Of a stretch of DNA of 64,000 nucleotides, positions 11,287 to 22,685 are shown piece after piece. Each line of letters opens with the position of its first letter. Position 1 is the first letter of the stretch. The stretch is taken from the NCBI RefSeq assembly GCF_011386835.1, contig NC_088798.1:109430001-109494000 (forward strand). Direction: 5' to 3'. The notes under the pieces were generated by a model. That model was not told the origin of the DNA. It saw only the letters and a program-made list of their open reading frames with translations, and searched no databases. A program made the position numbers and the translations under genes. The stretch is from Chrysemys picta bellii. Lineage: Eukaryota.

Positions 11287-11393
11287 CATTCGATACGGGG
11301 CGCCGCCCGCTTGCGGCTCTGCCGGTTCAGCCGCTTGCGGTTGACGCTGTAGCCGAACTTTTGGCGCCGGTTTTTCCCTTTGGCTTTCGGCAT
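11287..11393 (-). CDS. NOP16: NOP16 exon 1
   Basis: MPKAKGKNRRQKFGYSVNRKRLNRQSRKRAAPRIE; donor TG|GTGAGT. Five exons total 543 nt = 180 aa plus stop. Confidence 0.97.
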
Positions 11394-11694
11394 CGCGGCG
11401 GCTCCGAGCTCACGCGGCCGCAGTCAGAGACCCCAGGGCCGCCGGGCTGGGCCGAGCGCTGGGCGTGATGGGAAATGTAGTTCTACCGTGAGGGCTACCC
11501 TAAGACCTTCGCTAGGGGCCGGTCTGGGGTGGACTACATATCCCAGAAGGCCTTGCGCTAACACGACCGCTGCAACCGTATGGCCTGCTGGGATATGTAG
11601 TCCCACGGCTGCAATTGACTTCCGTTCCAAGTACGGTGGCTGAGGAGGCTCCTTGGCAGTCACCTTCCTGTGCATGGTCGCGGGAGTGGTGACC
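11394..11694. promoter_or_regulatory. NOP16/HIGD2A bidirectional promoter
   Basis: 301 bp between divergent ATGs; ACTACA/SBS (ZNF143/THAP11) motifs at 11469-11483, 11531-11552 and 11582-11603; ETS ACTTCCG 11618-11624. Confidence 0.88.
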
Positions 11695-11833
11695 ATGGCT
11701 CAGAGCTCCCCGCCGCCCTTTGACCCCAGCAGCCCCCCCCTTATCGAGGGCTTCATCCCCACCCCCGTGCACCGGGAGGGGTTCCGGGACAAGTTCCTGC
11801 GCAAGAGCCGCGAGAACCCGCTGGTGCCCATCG
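11695..11833 (+). CDS. HIGD2A: HIG1 hypoxia-inducible domain family member 2A, exon 1
   Basis: Kozak ACCATGG; MAQSSPPPFDPSSPPLIEGF...RDKFLRKSRENPLVPI; donor G|GTGAGT. A weaker in-frame ATG lies at 11674. Confidence 0.95.
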
Positions 11834-11839
11834 GTGAGT

Positions 11840-12150
11840 GGGAGTGGGTCGGGGGGGGGCGAGGGGCTGGGGGCAGTGGGAGCGGGTTGGGGGGGAGGGA
11901 GGAGCCTGGAGGGGCGGGTCTGGGGGGAGTGGGAGCGGGGGGGGCGGCGGGAGCGAGGGGCTGGGGGGCACAGGGGGGAGTGGGAATGGGGGGGCGGGAG
12001 CGAGGGGCCGGTGGGGCGCAGGGGGGAGGTGGGAGCGAGGGGCCTGGGGAAGTGGGTTGGGGGGAGGGGCCTGGGTTGAGTGGGGGGGCAGGGGGCGGGT
12101 CTGGGGGGAGCGAGGGGTCTGGGGGGAGTGGGCGTGAGGGGCCGGGGTGG
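11840..12150 (+). repeat. G-rich low-complexity tract in HIGD2A intron 1
   Basis: Dense G4-G8 runs with repeated GGGAGCGAGGGG units. Confidence 0.65.
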
Positions 12151-12653
12151 GTGGGAACGAGGGGCCTGGGTGAGACAGAGTGCGTTAGAGGTCAGGGGGA
12201 AGGTGTGGCATGGGGGAAGCTAGGGGGCTGGGTGCCTGTTGGGGTGTGGGGGCATATCTGAGGGGAGTGGGGAGCTAAGAGTCTGGGGGGATGGGGGAGT
12301 TAGGGACCTGGGGGTCCAGAATCAGGGGCAGGGATGATGCGAGGACGAGTAGGAGGAAGCGGAGCTGAGTGAATACCCTTCCCCATCCCATCAATGAGGG
12401 GTTTGGGAATGCTCTGGAAATGGGACATAACCCGGGGTGGCCCTCTCCTGCCGGAGGGTGTTATCCAGTGCCTACTAACCCTGAGGGCAGGGAGAGGGAG
12501 GTGAAGCAGGGGAAATGGGGTGGGGAGGGAGGAGACATTGAGGTTTGGGGAAAGGGGTGGAGTGAGGGGTGACCCACAGGGGCCCTGAACCCTGCCCCAC
12601 AGACTTCAGCCTACTGCCCCCCACTAACCTCCCAGTGTTGTCCCTCTCTGCAG

Positions 12654-12820
12654 GCTGCCTCTCCACTGCAGGGGCTCTGATCTATGGACTCATTTGCTTC
12701 CAGAAGGGCAATACCCACCAGTCCCAGGTGATGATGCGGGCCCGTGTCCTGGCTCAGGGCTTCACCATTGCTGCCCTCATGGTGGGGGTAGTGGCCACAG
12801 CAATGAAAGCTCAGAAGTGA
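12654..12820 (+). CDS. HIGD2A: HIGD2A exon 2
   Basis: Branch point CACTAAC, acceptor TCTCTGCAG; GCLSTAGALIYGL...QSQVMMRARVLAQGFTIAAL...MKAQK stop; total 101 aa; ATTAAA at 12947-12952. Confidence 0.95.
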
Positions 12821-15435
12821 GGTCAGGCTGGCCATGAGCCGCAGTCTCCAGGAATGGACAGACAACCTTTGCTTCATGTCGCAGAAATGGGCCCTTTGGC
12901 TGCTCTCATCTTGCTGGGGGACCAGCTCAATGGTGGTGGAGCAATTATTAAAGATCCTACTGGGTTCTAGAGTTTTGGAAATGCAGCGAATACACCTGAG
13001 TGATTCAACCTAAAACCTGACCCGTGAGATTTCTTGACTCCATGGGCACTCATCCTTTCCTGGGGGATCCACAGGCAGCATCAGGATAAGGCCTCTGTCT
13101 CTAGCACCCAGCATTATTAATGGCCGTTGAACCCATTGCCTTGGTGACCCCCATGGGGAAGGGGCTGTGCTGGGGCTTAGGCAAATCAAGTGATGCACCT
13201 TTCCGGGCAGGGAGTGGGAGCAAGAGAGCAGTCCCCCTCTCTGGAGCTAGATCCTGTCTAGAGAGATCACATCCCATGACCAGGGCTTGTCTGGAGAGAA
13301 TGGGTGATCAATTAGGTTACCAACCATAAGCCAACTGCACCCGTGCTTCGTAAAGAGAAAATTGCAGTGAGATTCTGATCAGGACATTGAATTCCAAAGC
13401 AGAGGGAAATTGTGAAGGGTTCTTCCGTACTATATGGAGGGGGGGAGAACAGGTAGAGAACCACTACCTTGCTGCTGTAGTGATGGAGATTAGGACACAG
13501 GAAATGTAGCTTCCTGTTAGAATGTGTGAAATTGGAGGGTTTCAAAGGTGGGGTCAGATAAGGTCTGTGTTTTTTTAATAATATTTTGATTGGAGTTTAA
13601 CTGCTGTGAAACTAATCAACCTTTGTCAAGAACTAAAACTTCCTGCGTTCTGAGTTTCTAATGCCCAACGGGAGCAGTATTTTCTCCTGTCTTAACAAAC
13701 TTCCCAGCAGGAGATTCCATTTGAAAGCTCTCCATGCATTAATTGGAACGTGTTTAGTATTAACATTGAAAGATGGGGGGGGGGAAAACCCAGATAAGGG
13801 CAAAAATCTCAATGAATAAGGATCCTCCTTTAGCAGATATTGATGTAGTTCCAAAGTATTATAAAGAATCTTTGGTCTTCCTAGGTCAGACATGCAGAGC
13901 TGGGGTGGGAGGATTTAATGAGAGGGAGGGAAATGGGTCTGTTGAATCTAATCATCATATCTGCTGGGTGTAGTTCTCCTGTCCTTCCTTTTGGCAGCTG
14001 CGTAGTGCAGGACTCTGATGGAGAAAGGCAGAAAGCAGATGGTATTGACCGCACCAAACTGGTGGCTGGGGTCCTGCATTGAGCAGCTGACAAAAGGAAG
14101 GACATGAGGAGCTACACACAGCAGACGCGATGATCTATGCAGAAGATTTGTGCCATGAAGGGGTCTCCATGCCATATTGTGTCCAGGGAATCTTTGTGAC
14201 TGGGGAGGGTCCCAGCTTTCCTCTCGGAGGTTTGCTGTCCTGTACTCGTAAACAGCCAAATGGCCTAGAATCTTTGAGACCGTGAATGCGGAAGCCTATG
14301 AGGGCAGCTTCTCTGAGTAGAATAAAGCTACTTGGAGCTGGACAGAAGGAAGTCAGAGAACAAAGACTCCCATCCCCCTTCCCCTGGCCAGAGCCCAGGG
14401 GCTTGCATTGGCCATTTGGATGGACAGGGGGGGTTGTTTCAGTCAAGGGTGCTGTGGCTTTGCCTCTCGGCACAGGAGGAAGGGATTGCCGGGTTAGTCT
14501 GACAAAGTGCCTTGTTCGTTTGCAATCTGGTGGGGCTCAGAGCGGTGGGGTTGGCTCATCTCGCCCAGCCAGGATCTGCTTCACAATGGGCTGTTTGGAT
14601 TTAAGGTAATGGGAGTTTCGCTATAGCTGACGCCCTAGCGTCAGGCATGCTGAGGTCCTTGTCTCTGTTGGGAATAAAGACAGCCAGGTCATGTGAACCT
14701 CCGCTTTGGAAGTAGCCCGTAGAGTCAATTCAAGCTAGAAGAGCAGGTCCTGGGAGGTGGCCTGCAGGAGGCCAGTGCATTTGTATCTGATCGTGTTGAC
14801 AGGTGAAACTGTTTCTCTTCAGTGGGGTGGCGGCTGCTGTTAATAAACCTTCCTTTGGCTGAAGAAGCTCCATGTCTTGGCTCTATCCCTTGTGCTACCT
14901 CCAAAGAGGACTCTGCATTGCACAACTGGAGCTGACTTGTTTCAGGCCAGGAGGCAGCTGCTTCTACCATCCCAGCCAGCAAGGCTCTGAGCACCCCTCC
15001 CCTGGGGGCACGTGCCCAGTTCCGGGAGAGGGTCCGCACAACAAAAGCTTCCCCAGATGCTGCCGTCTGAATGGAGCGAGACTGGCGATGTCTGCTCAGG
15101 AGAATCCAGCTGTGTGGGGGACGCCCAGCTCCAAACACGATCCCGATTAGCTCTCTGCTTCCTGGAGGCTCCGAATTCATCAGCCACCCCGAGCCGAGCC
15201 CACAGCAACTGCTGGAGGTAAAGCTGCAGAGTGAACCCACCTCACTCCTGCTTTTCCTTGAGGTGGGCTCCCCTCCCTAAGGTCTCCTTTGAGCCCTGCT
15301 GCGAGCGAGGCCCCAGGCTGCGGGGTGCTTTACGTGCTCAGCACCGCAGCGGATTCCCCCACGCCCGCTCAGAGACGCGTCAGCCTAGAAAGAAAGCGAG
15401 CGGCTGCTCCTTGGGCTGGGTGGGAGTCATGTCAG

Positions 15436-15441
15436 TTTATT
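15436..15441 (-). terminator. Candidate CLTB polyadenylation signal (about 2.4 kb 3' UTR)
   Basis: First minus-strand AATAAA I found downstream of the CLTB stop at 17849. Confidence 0.45.
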
Positions 15442-17848
15442 TGTACAAGGTCACATATACCAAAGCTGGGGGGACACAGAACAGCCAGAGCTGCCACCTG
15501 GGATGGAGGAGGATCCGGGCCCTTGTCTGTAAAGCAGCAGCACCAGCTATCACCCTGGGGTCCTGCTCCCTGCTAGAAATGAGGGCGGGATGCCTAGGCT
15601 GTGCTTCCTGCTGGTAGGCGTACAAGGCAGGGTAGGGGGACTCTCCCATGGGCTAGCCGGGCGGCTTAGGCTCCCCAAGCCTGCAGAGGCTGGGCTACCG
15701 CCCTCAGCCGCTGACACACCCAGTAATTATCAGACCTGCCCAGCAACGAAGCCTGGGAGCGGCCCGCACAGCCCGCGTGAAAGGAGGCATCGCTGTCACT
15801 GGAATGGAAGTCAAACCCACCCTCCATTCGTGCAGGCGCTAGGCCCAGTTTCAGGCTGCTGCTCTGCCGCTCTCAGGGTCCTGGAGCAGGGAATCCCGGC
15901 CGGGCGTCTCTGAGCAGCCACGTCCTCCTGCCAAGAGCCGCAGCCCTAAACCTGAGCAGCAGGACTCAGCTGGGGCAGGGCTGGGTCTGCAGGGGAGAGA
16001 GGTTCCCCTGTGCCTCACCCCCTTGGCTGGAAGGGGCTCCTGGCTTTATGGACTTTGCCCTGAGCTCCCTGCCAGTGTCTCCTCCCAGCCTGCTCTCCCC
16101 ACCCAGCACACCAGGCTGCATGCCCTGGGCGAGCTGTCCCACGCCTGACCCAGTCCCTGCCCAAGGCGAATGCGGCCAGGACAGAGACGGCAAGAACATG
16201 GCAGGAGGCAGAGCCCCAGGGCGAAGTGGGTCTAGCGGGCCTGTCTGCTCCTGAGTGCACAGATGGGTTCTGGGCTCCAGGCTCCCTGTGCTGGGCGCTG
16301 CCCTGACCTCACCAAGCACCTATTGACAGAGCAGCTGAGAAGGGGCTTGGGGAGGAAGCTGAGCCCCCTCCCCAAAGGGCATCACGCAGGGGAGGAGAGT
16401 GGAGTCCCTTTAGCTGGCAGGCCAGGGGTGGGACAAAAGAAACATGCAGCCACAAGCCACTAGGCCAGGCTGCCTCAGCCGGTACCTGTCCCCACGCCAG
16501 GCCCTCCCCTTACTTTTCCAGGGCCCATCAGTTGCTCAGAGGCAGGGCAGAGTCCAAACACCAGAGCTAGAGTTTTTCCTTGGGGAGTATCAAGTCCATG
16601 CGGGGGGAGGGGGGCGGGTGGGCAGGGGTTTTCTCTCCCTGGCCAAGCTCAAAGGGGGATCTCAGCCCGTGTCTCCTGCAGCAGGGCAGGGGCAGCTCTG
16701 CACTCCCCTCCCTTCACATAGGAGCAGAGGAAGTGCCGGAGCAGCTCAGCCCAGGGGCCCATCGAACCTGGTATCCCGGCTCCATGATAGGCCAGGAGCG
16801 GGTGCTCCAGAGGGAGGAACAAGACGTTCCCTAATGAGCAGTGGTGGAATAGGCTCCCCTAGGGGAGATGTCTCCTGAGCCCTGACCTTGACTTGTCAAA
16901 GACATCGCTGTGTCCTTAGCCAGCCACATGCCCAATCCCGTGAGCTCAGCCTCAGCCCTGTCCTGTGGCAGAGAGTTCCCCAGGGCAGGGGGAGCCGCTG
17001 CCATTGCCTCTCCAGTCCTGCAATGCCAGAAACACAGACTAACACGGGAGGAGGAGCTGGGGGTTATGCTCCTGCCTGCTCTCAGCTCTGCCTTGCCTGG
17101 AGTGTCCCCGACTGAGATTCTCCTTTTTCCCTGGCAGCTTGTGTGCAGCCAGCCGCTGCCTCCAGCCGACGTCACACCTGTGCAGCCATGAACCGGCCCT
17201 GCCCCTCCCAGTGTCACAGCCCCCCCCTGCAGGCAGCGCAGCGTCATCCCCCGTTACAGGCGGACACACGAGGGCCAGGGTCCCATGAGAAGTTGGGATT
17301 GGAACCCAGGCGTCCTGGCTCCCAGCCCCATGCTAGGATACTAGCCAATGCTGCCTCTCATCCCACTCTCACCCAGTGCCGTGGCCAAGAGGCGGCAGGG
17401 TCTGCACCCACCGGACTGGCTCAGCTCTCTGCGTCTGAGGCAGAGATGGGAGAGTCGATGTGAGGGACGGCAAGGAGACCCCGGGATCTCTCGCAGCGTC
17501 AGGCCTGTGCCTGGCCTGTCGGCGTCGAGCTCCCTGCCCCAGAGGCAGCGGGGGAGGGAGCCCAACCCTGTTGACCAGGGAACCACCATGGTAATAAATA
17601 AGTGTAAAAAGAGACCAATGCACCCTTTAAGCAAAGGAAAATCAGGGGACGGTTACAACCAGCAACCCAACCAAGCCAGCCACGCACACCAGGGAGCAAA
17701 GGGGGCGGGGGAGCGGAGGCAGGGGCAGCAGTGCCCCTTGCTGGCGTCTGACTGAACCTGCTGTGCTTGTCCAGGCGAGCCCGCTGGCGGAGGAGTGGCC
17801 CGTGTCCTCCCCTGCCCCCCCCACTCTTTGGTCGTGCTGGGTGGGCGG

Positions 17849-18020
17849 CTAGCGGGACAGGGGCGTCTGTTTGAGGGAAATGAGCACCGAGCGCATCCTC
17901 GACACGTCCTTCCATTGCTTGCTGCTTTTGGGGTTGAAGTCACACAGCTGGGCCACCTTCTCCCACTCTGTGCCGGGGTTTTCTTCCTTGGACTCCTTCA
18001 GGAAGACTTCCTCCGAGGCC
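17849..18020 (-). CDS. CLTB: Clathrin light chain B, exon 6 (terminal)
   Basis: ASEEVFLKESKEENPGTEWEKVAQLCDFNPKSSKQWKDVSRMRSVLISLKQTPLSR stop. Confidence 0.96.
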
Positions 18021-18925
18021 CTGCGGGAGACGCGGGGGTCAGTCCCTGAGGGAGAGGGGGCTGCTGGGCCTCCCTCCTGAGACCAGGGCGGTTCCTGTTT
18101 CCCAGTGGGTCGGACCCAGGCGCTGCTAGGCACCACACTTGCCCTCCCACCCGGTTCACCCCCATCGCCTCTCCCATGATCAGGCAACGCCCCCTCCTTC
18201 CGGGACACAGAGTCCTGGCTGGGCCATTCCAGAGCAAGCGCTTGGGGCCCCAGCCAGCTGCTCCCAGGAGAGACCAGCAGCCCGCCCCTTTGCTTTGGGG
18301 TTGTGGGTAGCCCAGTGTCACAAACAACAGCCTCGCGACTAGCCTGGCCATTGCTATCCTACTGTCCTAGAGCCGCTGGGCTCAGCACAGCCAACCTGCC
18401 TGCCCGAGCCTGGGCCAGCCCCAACCATGCACACGCCCAGCTTGCAAACCATCCTCCCCGTCCAGCTGCTGGGCTCACGCTCCCGGATCTCCAGGCCCGA
18501 GGCAGCCGGCTCCCAGCAGCGAGCGAGGCTCTTACACACCCAGACAGAGCCGTCTGCCTCACGTGAAGGGTGCCCCAGGTGCCGACCCTCCCTGCGCTCA
18601 GACTCCGGGGGGCCTGCGCTCACCTGGGACGTTGCCAGCCAGCCCTGGGGAGGCAGGTGCAGCAATCCCTCCCAGGGGCGTGGGGGGGCAGATTCTTGAT
18701 GGGGCACCTCCCCCCTTTCTACCTGCCTCAACAGGCTTGATCCAAAGCCCCACTCACCTCTTGTGAATCCGCCAGTAGGACGTGCTCAGCTGGGTGCCCC
18801 CCCCTCCCCCCGCCCTGGAGGCCAAGGGCCCCTGGGAACCCCTATCTGGGCAGTGAGTGTCTCTGAGGGTTGAAATCCCCAGGGCTCTCTAGGGAAAGGA
18901 CACAGAGACAGCAAGAGGCACATAC

Positions 18926-18979
18926 ACGTAGCCGATCACGTCGGCGTCCGGCTGCTGGTAAAATGCTTTGTCAGCAATC
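18926..18979 (-). CDS. CLTB: CLTB exon 5, 54-nt neuron-specific cassette exon
   Basis: IADKAFYQQPDADVIGYV, the known brain insert of LCb; upstream UCUCUC- and UGC-rich tract. Confidence 0.93.
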
Positions 18980-19568
18980 CTAGCGCATGAGCAGGAGACA
19001 GGGAGAGCAGACGCAGAGCAGCCAGGCAGGCAAAGGGTTAGATAGAGAGAGAGAGACGGGGTTAGTGTCCTTCCCCAGCCCGACGGGGCAGGGAACCCGT
19101 TCCGATTCACTAGTGAGCCCGGGCTCCCGGCAGCAGGGCAGGAACATAGAAACCCCCCAGTGCGAGGCAGGCAGTGAAATCGGACTGACTCGGTGCTTAG
19201 ATGCCACAGCACCAGCATCACGGAAACAAGCGTCTCGCAGCATCCGGACGGGATGAGACCTTCCGAAGCGAGGCATCTCCTCCGCAGGGCACCTCTCAGA
19301 GGAGTAGGGGTGTGACCCCATTTCCTGACAAAGATCCCCACCACCACTCTGCTGCTGGGCTCCAGCCCAGGGGTGGCTGCATTTCAAGGCCCCAGGGGAC
19401 TGGGAGCTGTTATTGACAGTGACTATTGCCAGTGAGAGCCACTGTGGATCTGGCTTTAGGACTCTGGATGGACCAGCCCCGGGCACCTCCTCTGGCTGCA
19501 CGCAGCTCAGCTGAGCGACAGGCTCCCTGCATCCCCGGCCGGCCCCACCGCCCCATCCCCCACCATAC

Positions 19569-19680
19569 CTGTTGTTAACTCGGTTCTTCTCCATCTGCTC
19601 ACTCTGACGCACATTCCACTCCTCCAGGTCCTTCTTGGCCTTTTCACGCCATTCCTGCTCCATCACCTTCGAAGCAGCAT
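19569..19680 (-). CDS. CLTB: CLTB exon 4
   Basis: AASKVMEQEWREKAKKDLEEWNVRQSEQMEKNRVNN; AG|GTATGG donor. Confidence 0.96.
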
Positions 19681-20272
19681 CTAGAGCACAAGCAGGACGG
19701 GCGGTCAGCAGGCTCTGCTGCAGGGGTCAGCTCGCTCCCTTGGCGGGAGAACAGAAGCAGACAGGGCTGTACAGGCAGCAGGGGCCCGGGTCAGAGACTC
19801 TTCTCCTGGGGCAGATGCTCACGTCACCAGACCACCCTGCTGCTCCAGCACGAGCTTCCCATCCTCCCAGTTAAGCGCATGCCCGAGGGACTCTGCAGCC
19901 CCCAAGGACGAGGCTTTCAGCGCCTGCGTGTGGCCCACTCTCTCCAGGCCCGCCGAGCAGCAGCACTCCCGCTGCAGAAGCCGGGTGGAGCGCGCAAGAG
20001 GAGGCTTCAGTGAGAGAGGTGCTGCAGGCAGCGTAGGAGCTGGGGCACCCACCCACACTTCCTGCCGGGAGCCCGGCCGTTGGGTTGGCGCCCCAGCCAG
20101 GGTCAGGGAACACGAGCCTGGGAGAGCAGGGTGTCTCCCCGGGTGCCCTGGGAGTGTGGCAATGCAATAGAAAGGGCCTAGGAGCCCATGTTCTCCGCAG
20201 CTGCTAGGGACAGAAGCGGGCAGGGTCTCCACGCTGGGTAGAGGAGCCGCCCGCCCCGCCCACCCCACTCAC

Positions 20273-20390
20273 CCAGCTCCTGCAACCGTTTCTTTTGCTC
20301 CTCCCGCCATTTGCGGATGCTCTCGGGCTCCTGGGTCAGCCTGTCAGCCCGGGCGATGGCTGCGTAGCCATCCGTGGGGCCATTGGATTC
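20273..20390 (-). CDS. CLTB: CLTB exon 3
   Basis: ESNGPTDGYAAIARADRLTQEPESIRKWREEQKKRLQEL; G|GTGAGT donor. Confidence 0.96.
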
Positions 20391-21305
20391 CTGCAGGGGA
20401 CAAGCACTTCCCCATGAAAAGCAGCCCTCTCCAGCACTCCCTGCCTGCCCCCAGACCCTCCCTAAGCATGGCACAGCAAGGGCACGTGTTCAGAGGAGCC
20501 CCGGCGGGTGGAACCCCTGCAGAGGGGTGAAGTGTGATGCCCCCCTCTGGATTGATAGTGACCAAACCCACTGAGGGGCCCAAGAGGAAGAACTGGGGGA
20601 CTCAGTCTGTTCCCACATCCATAGCAAGGAGCCCACCCCCGTGGCTGACCCCAAGCACCCCCTCAGCACAGAGACAGGGGCCACCAAGGCCAGACGCCCT
20701 CCTCTCCGACAGGCCAGCTAGCACCTTCTAACAGCATCAAACCCGTCCCACTGCCCAGTTCCTCCCACCCGCCTCCTGCCGAGCAGCCACTCACCGGCGC
20801 AACCCGATAGAACTTGCCATTCGCTGCCAACACGACTTTCATGTCTGTCCCCGTTACACCCCCATCAGCTGCTGCTGCTCTGGGGAGGGGCTACGGGCTG
20901 CACCTTTGTGACATCATCCTAACAACTGGCATCACGGGGCAGACGCAGTCACCTGGCTAATGCGCCTGTGAAGTCATAGTCATTCTGACGGGGCACTGTC
21001 CTGCTACCGATCCCTCCACCCCGCTGGTTGGAACCAGACGCCTCCCTTTTTCTGGGTCCTAGTGTCATACTGTTGGCGTCACACCCTGCCTCTGTGGGGA
21101 GAATCCTGGTGTCCCGCCCGCACCGCCGAGTCCCCGGAATGAGGGGCCGGGCACAGTCACCGATAACAAGGGGTGTTCTAGCTCTGGCCAGGGGAGCGCC
21201 GAAGCCTCAGTCCACAGGGCCTGCAAGGTGGTGCTGTTCTGCCCAAGCAAACCCACTGGGGGACTGTTCCTAAGTGCAGGGCAGGGCAAAGGGTCTGGCT
21301 CTCAC

Positions 21306-21352
21306 CTGAAAGAAATCTCCGTTCACAGTGGCCCCCACGTCCTCAAAATCAG
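21306..21352 (-). CDS. CLTB: CLTB exon 2
   Basis: 47 nt, DFEDVGATVNGDFFQ; CAG|GTGAGA donor. Confidence 0.93.
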
Positions 21353-22489
21353 CTGCATTGGAGGCAAGGGAGAAACATGTTACCCAGCTGTTAGCAGCAC
21401 ACGAGGGACCCAAGATTGCTGGTTTCAGCTTGGCACACAGAGCTGTCTGTGTGTGTTGGGGTGTGCAGAGCTCATGGCTGAAATAGCAGGGGGCTGGGGG
21501 ATCATGACTGAACAGCACTGGGAGAGCTGGGGGGGGGTGAGCCCAGGGCCGGGTTAGTGGGGGGCTGTGGGTCGGAAATGAAGGGCACTGGCAGAACTGT
21601 GAGCGTGGGGCTGTGGGTCAGAGCTGTGCTAAGGGAAGCTTGTGCAGCACTATCTCCCTGGCTCTAGTCAGTAAATCCCTCACCTTGCTGACAGTAATTC
21701 CCTTGGCTTCACTTCAGCTCATGCAAAAGGCAGCATGCCCCTGCTCCCAGCATTATGATCACATTCTGCCCACCCGCCCTGCCTCCTCCTGGCTGCCTGG
21801 GGAGAGGTGGAGGGATTCTAAGCTATCACGTTGGGATTTAAAGCCCTTATAGCCGAGGGACAAAGGAGGGCTCAGTGCTAGCCCCAGGGTGTGAAACTCC
21901 CTCTCTGAGGAGCATGTCCCTCCGCCTCTCCCCACCAGACATGTGTGTCCGAGGGGATTCGGCTCCGGTGTATTTATGTCCTTATGACACTTTTCCTGGT
22001 GCTTTATCTGATCCAGTGATTAGAGCAATTGCAGGGCACTGCTCCCAAGCCCCCAAGCCGGGAGGCTGGCCAGGTTTAAGCCGCACTGATTGTTATTATG
22101 ACTATTATTAGTAACAACAAATATTCCCCCAACTTTCAAACATTCCAACCAAAGCCAAGGTCCCTGAGCGGTGAGGTCACACATGGGCACATCATGTGAT
22201 TGGTCATTCACAGGGGCAATCAGCTGAATCCCTCCAACCAGCTCCTGGGACTCCCAAACAGAGGCTGGACCATTTTGACTCCACTTTGCCTGTGCTGTGC
22301 CATACCCAGTTGAGGCAGGCAGGAAGGTCCCAGAGCCTTTGGCGGGGCAGCCTGCAGATGGGCCGCACAGCCAGCTAGGCGCATGGAGCGGTGGTGCTGT
22401 TGTTGGGCCCACAAGACCACCAGGGAGTCCCAATGCCACACCTGGGGCAATGCTCCGACGGGGCAGAGCTGGGAGGAGGGACATTACAT

Positions 22490-22685
22490 AAGGGCTGGGA
22501 ACTGGAAGCTCTGGGTTCTACTCACAGCACAAGCATTGACGCCCTATGACTGGGCAGGTCCCCTCCCTCTGTGGCTCAGTCTCTCCCCCTATAAAATGGG
22601 CAGAATTATCTTCCCCCACCCGCTCGCCCCTTCAGAGATCTGTCCCTGAGATGAGCCTGTTGGGCATATTGACCAGGCTCTCGGC
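22490..22685 (+). mobile_element. MIR-like CORE-SINE relic
   Basis: CTATGACTGGGCAGGTCCCCTCCCTCTGTGGCTCAGTCTCTCCCCCTATAAAATGGG resembles the MIR core. Confidence 0.6.

Noticed and set aside
10650-12261. Long Pro-rich and Gly-rich ORFs over the NOP16/HIGD2A first introns
   Set aside because: Artefacts of C-rich and G-rich low-complexity tracts.
13540-13870. AT-rich patch with two CAGATAAG (GATA) motifs
   Set aside because: Two short motifs cannot support an enhancer call without conservation data.
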